Assembly (NCBI GenBank): GCA_046727935.1
Contig: JBKPDP010000052.1
Coordinates: 6,174-70,173 of the forward strand
DNA from: Verrucomicrobiota bacterium
GTDB taxonomy: Bacteria > Verrucomicrobiota > Verrucomicrobiia > Chthoniobacterales > UBA10450
Reading direction: 5' to 3'
Length of the DNA: 64,000 nt
Part shown: piece after piece, positions 42,766 to 48,292 of the stretch
Position numbering within the stretch: position 1 is the stretch's first letter
Layout of the letters: every line of letters begins with the position of its first letter
Translations under genes and position numbers: made by a program
The notes under the pieces: generated by a model
The model's database searches: none
Seen by the model: only the letters and a program-made list of their open reading frames with translations
Told to the model about the DNA's origin: nothing

Positions 42766-44135
42766 CGGTTTGGTTCCTGCGCTGATGCGACTACCCGATT
42801 CGCACCGAGCTTTGTCGCGCCGAAAAGCATGTGATGCGACCGGCCCAGCTTCAGCGCGGTAAAATCGAGAGCAAAACTTGGCTTCAGTTCTTTGCCGTCC
42901 CATGTATAGGCGCGCACGAATTGCTCGTTATCCTCGCCTTTCTTGTCCCAGTGCGCCAGGAGCGAACTGGTAAAATAGAGCCGCTTCCCGTCCCAGCTCT
43001 GCGACACCATGTTGACCTGCCGCCCAATCTGCTTCTCATAAATCTGTTTCGGTTTTTGCGGGTCCGAAACATCGAACACGCGGCACTTTCCATCGCCGAA
43101 ACAATCCACGAACAACGTCTTGTCGTCGGCGCTAAGGCTGATATCGACCGGTAGCACGCCGCCTTTGACGTCACCGATCGTCCCAACTTCCTTTGCCTGC
43201 CATTCGCCGCGGTCATCCAGATAGACCAACCAAAGTTTCGATGTTAGCGCCGTAGCAGTGAAGGCGTAGTTGTGCTTGTCGCCCCAGGCCCAACGGATTT
43301 CCAGTGGCGCGCCGGGTACCTCGAAAACTTTCTTGGGCTGCCGCGCATGGAAATCCCACATCACCATCGTCGAGCCAAAATGCTTCATCGCCTCGGGATC
43401 AGCCGTTAATTTGGCGAAGTCCATCGTGTAGTTGTTCCAGCCGGTAAACGATGAAGTGAGCAGCGCGTTCTTTCGCGGGAGCACACGCGCATCATAGCCG
43501 TAGCCGTCCGCGAACTTCGCGTCCGCCGCCCCGCGCGCGTCATCTTTTGTTGGCAACCAGTGGGTAGTGATGTAGTTGCCGTCGTTACTGTATTCGACCA
43601 ATGCAGTCCGGCCGCCGTGATCTTTCGCGTTCGAGAGACACGAAATGAGTACGCGCCCCGGCAATGCGTACGCCCCGTGAGGTCCGATCGCGCCGCCGGT
43701 GGTTTCCGCGAAATTTTCGATGGTCTTCACATGTCGCGGTTTCGCTGGATCAGTGTGCACGTCGAAAATGAACACGCGGCTGTTCTCGAGACCCGCGAGC
43801 CAGAGTTGGTGCCGGTCATCGGTGAACCCACCGTGGTGCGCTTCGTTGCGTCCACCAACGGAGGTGGAGCTGATGACTTTCCCATAGTTGGGCGATCCGG
43901 GCTTAACATCGACGGTGACCAGTTTGTCCGAACCATCGCCCAAGCCTTCCACGCCGAGCGTCCAAACATAGACGAACTCTTCCTGCCCCTCAATGCGAGC
44001 AAGGTAAGGTGAAGAACACGTCTCATCGGCACGTGTGTTGCTCATGGCCAAGGTGAGCATCAACGCTAGAGTGCCCACAAAGACTGCGTTTGAGATCTTA
44101 GCGATGAATGAGTGGGTATTAATGCATATTTTCAT
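42762..44135 (-). CDS. Selenium-binding protein SBP56 family, candidate periplasmic methanethiol oxidase (MtoX-like)
   Basis: 457 aa with a signal peptide. SBP56-like segments include EAHHGGFTDDRHQLWLAGLENSRVFIFDV and GPHGAYALPGRVLISCLSN. A SCO1 gene follows it. Confidence 0.85.
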   Translation of the reverse strand: MKICINTHSFIAKISNAVFVGTLALMLTLAMSNTRADETCSSPYLARIEGQEEFVYVWTLGVEGLGDGSDKLVTVDVKPGSPNYGKVISSTSVGGRNEAHHGGFTDDRHQLWLAGLENSRVFIFDVHTDPAKPRHVKTIENFAETTGGAIGPHGAYALPGRVLISCLSNAKDHGGRTALVEYSNDGNYITTHWLPTKDDARGAADAKFADGYGYDARVLPRKNALLTSSFTGWNNYTMDFAKLTADPEAMKHFGSTMVMWDFHARQPKKVFEVPGAPLEIRWAWGDKHNYAFTATALTSKLWLVYLDDRGEWQAKEVGTIGDVKGGVLPVDISLSADDKTLFVDCFGDGKCRVFDVSDPQKPKQIYEKQIGRQVNMVSQSWDGKRLYFTSSLLAHWDKKGEDNEQFVRAYTWDGKELKPSFALDFTALKLGRSHHMLFGATKLGANRVVASAQEPNR

Positions 44136-44156
44136 ATTTTTTCCTCTTAAGTTGCT

Positions 44157-45539
44157 TTACGGATTGATTACTATTTGTGGTGCGGGCTTGTTCATTTCGA
44201 TTTCGGTTTTCAACTTCTGGATTTGCGCGGCCTGCTCTTTGAACTGCGCCGTCAAAACCTCCATCCCTTTTTGTTGCTGGGCAACCGTTGATTTCAACTC
44301 AGTGATCGTCGCTTGTTGCGCTTGGATTCTTTTGTGTTCTTTAAGGAACTCGTTGAGCAACATCGCGTTGATCTGGTCGTAGCGGACTGTGTAGATTTCG
44401 CCGTTATTGTCGCGCGCTACTAAATCCGGATTCACCTCCGCGACTTCCTCGGCGATCAAACCAAATTGCCGCGGGCTGTTCTTGTAGTTCTTGTAGCGAA
44501 AAGTCACCGGCTTAAGCGAAAGGAGCGCTTCGCTGGCTTTATCCATTGGCTGGATCTCTTCCTTAAACCGCCTTGAGGAGGCGATCGTTCCGAGCTTGCC
44601 GCTTGAGTCGATCGCGACGACCATCGCGTCCGGGGCTATTATCGCGCTGAAGATGTTGCCGATGTAGCAGCTGTTATCGAAGTTCGCGCCTGGGAGTCCG
44701 ATAGCAATAACGTTATTGGCCGTCGTGACACTGGCACCGGCATTAGCGCCTAAGGCCGTATTGCCGTTGCCGGTGGTGTTGGCAAGGAGCGCAGCGGCAC
44801 CCATGGCCGTATTGTTCTGGCCGGTGGTGTTGTTGTAAAGCGCAATATCCCCGATCGCTGTGTTGGAACCTCCGGTGCTGTTGCTAAAGAGCGCGTCCTC
44901 GCCAGTGGCCGTATTATCGGCCCCGGTGCTATTGCTGTGGAGCGCGTCAGCGCCGATGGCCGTGTTGACCCCGCCCTCGGTGTTGCCATTGAGTGCGCCC
45001 TTACCGACAGCCGTGTTGCCGGTGCCCACCGTGTTTAACGCCAGTGCGCCCGCACCGAACGCGCTATTCTCTTCGCCAGTCGTGTTGTTAAAGAGCGCTT
45101 CGTCCCCGGTGGCCGTGTTGTTATCACCTTCGGTGTTTTTAAAGAGCGCAGTATGCCCATTGGCCGTGTTGGCGCTCCCAGTGGTGTTGCTAAAAAGGGC
45201 GAAGGCGCCATTGGCCGTGTTGAAGCTACCGGTAGCATTGCTTAAAAGCGCCCCGGCGCCAGTGGCCGTATTTTGGTCTGCGGTGTTGGCGAGGAGCGTC
45301 CCGGCGCCAGTGGCAGTATTGAAGTTGCCTTCGGCGTTGCTCAGGAGTGAGAACACGCCAACAGCTGTATTATATGTGCCGCTGGTGAGACTAAAAAGAG
45401 CACTTTGCCCTTCTGCCGTGTTGCCACCGGGGTAGCCGCCGTCCGGAGCCGGGACAACAGCTTGGGCCAGGGGCAAAAGCCCGAAGCACCCGAGCGCAAA
45501 CAGAATGATTAATGTGAATGGAATGTTTCGATTTTTCAT
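44157..45539 (-). CDS. Secreted fibre-like protein: signal peptide, about 20 tandem 14-residue NTAxGxxALxxNTxG repeats, peptidase S74 intramolecular-chaperone domain and a C-terminal coiled coil
   Basis: 460 aa from the ATG at 45539. The N-terminus is MKNRNIPFTLIILFALGCFGLLPLAQA. The S74-like segment is SSRRFKEEIQPMDKASEALLSLKPVTFRYK...FGLIAEEVAEVNPDLV...YTVRYDQINAMLLNEFLKEH. Heptad-like sequence follows, up to the stop codon. Confidence 0.85.
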   Translation of the reverse strand: MKNRNIPFTLIILFALGCFGLLPLAQAVVPAPDGGYPGGNTAEGQSALFSLTSGTYNTAVGVFSLLSNAEGNFNTATGAGTLLANTADQNTATGAGALLSNATGSFNTANGAFALFSNTTGSANTANGHTALFKNTEGDNNTATGDEALFNNTTGEENSAFGAGALALNTVGTGNTAVGKGALNGNTEGGVNTAIGADALHSNSTGADNTATGEDALFSNSTGGSNTAIGDIALYNNTTGQNNTAMGAAALLANTTGNGNTALGANAGASVTTANNVIAIGLPGANFDNSCYIGNIFSAIIAPDAMVVAIDSSGKLGTIASSRRFKEEIQPMDKASEALLSLKPVTFRYKNYKNSPRQFGLIAEEVAEVNPDLVARDNNGEIYTVRYDQINAMLLNEFLKEHKRIQAQQATITELKSTVAQQQKGMEVLTAQFKEQAAQIQKLKTEIEMNKPAPQIVINP

Positions 45540-45545
45540 AAGCTG

Positions 45546-45574
45546 AATACGGGTGGAGATCGGCAGTTGTTTCA
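45546..45574 (-). promoter_or_regulatory. Candidate ECF-type promoter TGAAAC-N17-CGTATT, 6 nt upstream of the fibre-1 ATG
   Basis: The minus strand reads TGAAAC AACTGCCGATCTCCACC CGTATT CAGCTT ATG. The hexamers and spacing are identical at 47529-47557. Confidence 0.5.
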
Positions 45575-45686
45575 AAGAATCGAAAAAATTTGGTGCTCTT
45601 TTTGGGAGTGCGGCGCCGCTGCGCCGCTTTTCAATGAGCTGTCGGCAGTGAGCGATGCCACGCAGGCAGGATTGGTCGCGTCACTT

Positions 45687-45870
45687 GAGCGCCAAAGGCG
45701 CGTTCTCATATTAGCCTGGGGCGTCGCCCCAGGAATCCGATAGTATAGCTAACCAAGCGCTGAAGGCCCAAGTCAGTGGAACGCGCTTTCAGCGCTTATG
45801 CCTTTGGGATTCCATGAATCCTGGGGCGCCGCCCCAGGCTGGCGGGGTGAATGCTGCGCCTTTGGGGCTA
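45687..45870. repeat. Nested palindromic, MITE-like element in the fibre-2/fibre-1 intergenic region
   Basis: The outer arms are GCGCCAAAGGCGCG...CCTGGGGCGTCGCCCCAGG and CCTGGGGCGCCGCCCCAGG...GCGCCTTTGGGG. The centre AGCGCTGAAGG...CTTTCAGCGCT is itself palindromic. No ORF in it is credible. Confidence 0.5.
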
Positions 45871-46110
45871 AACACATGCACGCAACGCCTGCCCGTAGTG
45901 CTGCAGCGTTGGAGGCGCAAGGCTCCACCTTCGCATGCTACGTGCCCCAAACTCCGTGTTCATCTTGACAAAGATTGCGATTCAAGTCGGACACAAGTCC
46001 TCTTCGTTTCTCTCTGTCAAAGCTCTCTGGAAGGCGTTTCAAGGAGGGGCGCCTTCCCTGGCTCGCCGTAGCCTTGGCGTAGGCGGCCAAACCGCCGCTG
46101 CTTGCGGCTG

Positions 46111-46136
46111 TAGCCGGGGTTCGATGACCCCGGCTA
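46111..46136. repeat. Strong hairpin TAGCCGGGG-N8-CCCCGGCTA just 3' of the fibre-2 stop
   Basis: It has a 9-bp perfect stem and no following T-run on the minus strand. It may be a REP-like or RNA-stabilising hairpin. Confidence 0.5.
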
Positions 46137-46154
46137 TCACGCCTCAGGAATGCT

Positions 46155-47522
46155 TTACGGAGTTTCGAGAACAACTTTTGTAGTCGGGTTGCTCATCTCC
46201 ACCTGGGCGCTCAGCTTTTGGATTTGCGCCGTCTGTTCTTTGAGTTGAGCGCTCAAGATTTGGATTTCCTCCTGTTGCCGCGCGCTGACCATTTCGAAAT
46301 CGCGCTTCAACTCTGTGATCGTCCCTTGCTGGTTCTCAATCATGCTCTCTTGCGCCTCGACTTTCTGATGTTGTTTGAGAAACTCGTTAAGCAACATCGC
46401 GTTTACCTGGTCATAACGCACGCTGTAGGTTTTCCCCTCGTTGTCGCGCACGACGAGGTCTGGATCCACCTGTTCCACCTCTTCCGCCACAAGCCCAAAC
46501 TGCGATCTGCCGACGGGATCAATTTCTTTCTTGTACCGGAAGCTTACCGGTTTAAGTGCCAGGATTACTTCGCTAGCTTTGTCCATCGGTTTAATGTCTT
46601 CTTTAAACCGTCGGGAGGAGGTAGTCGTACCGAGTTTACCGACGCCATTAACGAAAACTGGAGTGCCTCCGGAAGACGTTGCACCAAAAATCTGACCGAT
46701 ATAGCAGCTGTTGCTCACGTCTTCACCACTGGCACGGATAGCAATGACGTTATCGGCCGTATGGATGCCAATACCGGCTTGATATCCTAAGACCGTGTTG
46801 CCGCTGCCGGTGGTGTTTTGAGAAAGTGCAGAATCACCGACGGCGGTATTGAGGCTGCCGCTGGTATTGACAGGCATAGCTTGAAACCCCAGGGCCGTGT
46901 TGCCGCTGCCATCGGCGTTGCTAACGAGCGCGTCAACGCCGGTTGCCGTGTTGGAGTGGCCGGTAGTGTTCAACAGGAGCGCACTGTCGCCGATGGCCGT
47001 GTTGTAGTTGTCGGTATTGAAGTAGAGAGCGTCATAACCGATGGCTGTGTTGCTAATGCCCGTGGTGTTGCGGTTGAGCGCAATAAAACCGGTGGCCGTG
47101 TTGTGGGAGCCGGTGGTGTTGCTAAAGAGCGCTTGGTCACCGGTGGCTGTATTGAAGTTGCCGATGGTGTTGCCAAAGAGGGCGAACGCTCCATCGGCCG
47201 TGTTGTGTTCGCCGATGGTATTGTTTAAAAGCGCCCCTGCGCCAGTCGCCGTATTTTGGTTCGCGGTGTTGATAAGGAGCGTCCCGGCGCCGATGGCAGT
47301 ATTGAAGTTGCCTTCTGCGTTGCTCCGGAGAGAAAACAGGCCGACGGCCGTATTGTATGTGCCGCTGGTCAGGCTAAAAAGAGCACTTTGTCCTTCTGCC
47401 GTATTGCCTCCCGGGTAGCCTCCGTCCGGAGCCGGGACAACTGCTTGCGCTATTGGAGAAAGCGTAAGCGAGGCAAGTGCAAACAGGATGATTGTTGTGA
47501 ATGGGATATATCGATTTTTCAT
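46155..47522 (-). CDS. Secreted fibre-like protein, paralogue of 44157-45539 (NTAxG repeats, S74 chaperone domain, longer coiled coil)
   Basis: 455 aa from the ATG at 47522. The N-terminus is MKNRYIPFTTIILFALASLTLSPIAQA. The first 60 or so mature residues are nearly identical to fibre 1. The S74-like segment is SSRRFKEDIKPMDKASEVILALKPVSFRYK. Confidence 0.85.
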   Translation of the reverse strand: MKNRYIPFTTIILFALASLTLSPIAQAVVPAPDGGYPGGNTAEGQSALFSLTSGTYNTAVGLFSLRSNAEGNFNTAIGAGTLLINTANQNTATGAGALLNNTIGEHNTADGAFALFGNTIGNFNTATGDQALFSNTTGSHNTATGFIALNRNTTGISNTAIGYDALYFNTDNYNTAIGDSALLLNTTGHSNTATGVDALVSNADGSGNTALGFQAMPVNTSGSLNTAVGDSALSQNTTGSGNTVLGYQAGIGIHTADNVIAIRASGEDVSNSCYIGQIFGATSSGGTPVFVNGVGKLGTTTSSRRFKEDIKPMDKASEVILALKPVSFRYKKEIDPVGRSQFGLVAEEVEQVDPDLVVRDNEGKTYSVRYDQVNAMLLNEFLKQHQKVEAQESMIENQQGTITELKRDFEMVSARQQEEIQILSAQLKEQTAQIQKLSAQVEMSNPTTKVVLETP

Positions 47523-47528
47523 AAGCTG

Positions 47529-47557
47529 AATACGGATGCGGAGGGGCACGTGTTTCA
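47529..47557 (-). promoter_or_regulatory. Candidate ECF-type promoter TGAAAC-N17-CGTATT, 6 nt upstream of the fibre-2 ATG
   Basis: The minus strand reads TGAAAC ACGTGCCCCTCCGCATC CGTATT CAGCTT ATG. The spacer differs from copy 1 at 7 of 17 positions, while the hexamers are identical. Confidence 0.5.
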
Positions 47558-47617
47558 AACAATCGAAAAAATCTTTCGTGACCCTGGCTCCGGCGCGGCG
47601 TATGATGGCTTTGAGGC

Positions 47618-48292
47618 ATGAATCTATCACCAGGGCGCGCTGCATCGTCTTTGGCGACGCGGCGCAGCCTATTGAGTCGCCTCAAGGAATCGGATGCCCA
47701 GGAGAGTTGGCGACAGTTTTTCGATACCTACTGGCGATTGATCTATACGACCGCGCTCAACGCCGGGTTGACCGATTGGGAGGCACAGGAGGTCGTGCAG
47801 GAGACGGTCCTCACCGTCGCCAGGAAGATTAAATCCTTCCGCTACGATCCTGTTGTCGGCTCATTTAAGGGCTGGCTATTGACCATCGTGCGTTGGCGCA
47901 TCGCGGACCAATTCCGCAAACGCCAGCAGCAGATCCAGCCACTGGGTGCGCGCCGGGGAACAGAGACCGAGGGTACGGCAACAGCCGAGCGCGTTGCTGA
48001 TCCGGGAGCGATCGATCTTGACGTCGTGTGGGAGGAGGAATGGCAGCGCACACTGTTCGCTGCGGCGTTGGCGCGTGTGAAATGTCAGGCTAACGCGCGG
48101 CATTATCAGATGTTCGATCTCCATGCCGTGAAACAGTGGCCCGTGCAGAAGGTGGCGCAGACGCTCGGCGTGAGTGCCGGCCAGGTGCGCCTGGCGAAAC
48201 ACAGAATTACCGCGTTGATGCGCCGAGAAGTTGCTCGCCTCGAAAAGGAAGAGGAGAAGCGATGGGGCTTGGTGAAAGCGATGGCTCACTAG
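47618..48292 (+). CDS. ECF-family RNA polymerase sigma factor
   Basis: 224 aa. The sigma-2 region is WRQFFDTYWRLIYTTALNAGLTDWEAQEVVQETVLTVARKI...GWLLTIVRWRIADQFRK. The sigma-4 helix-turn-helix is WPVQKVAQTLGVSAGQVRLAKHRI. Confidence 0.9.
   Translation: MNLSPGRAASSLATRRSLLSRLKESDAQESWRQFFDTYWRLIYTTALNAGLTDWEAQEVVQETVLTVARKIKSFRYDPVVGSFKGWLLTIVRWRIADQFRKRQQQIQPLGARRGTETEGTATAERVADPGAIDLDVVWEEEWQRTLFAAALARVKCQANARHYQMFDLHAVKQWPVQKVAQTLGVSAGQVRLAKHRITALMRREVARLEKEEEKRWGLVKAMAH

Noticed and set aside
34630-47645. A prophage or phage remnant, suggested by the S74 tail-fibre chaperone domains.
   Set aside because: No capsid, portal, terminase, tail tube, baseplate, lysis or integrase genes lie in or near the region. 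The proteins carry Sec signal peptides, and the neighbours are cellular genes (UbiA-family prenyltransferase, rpiB, cbpA-like co-chaperone, sulfatase, SBP56, SCO1).
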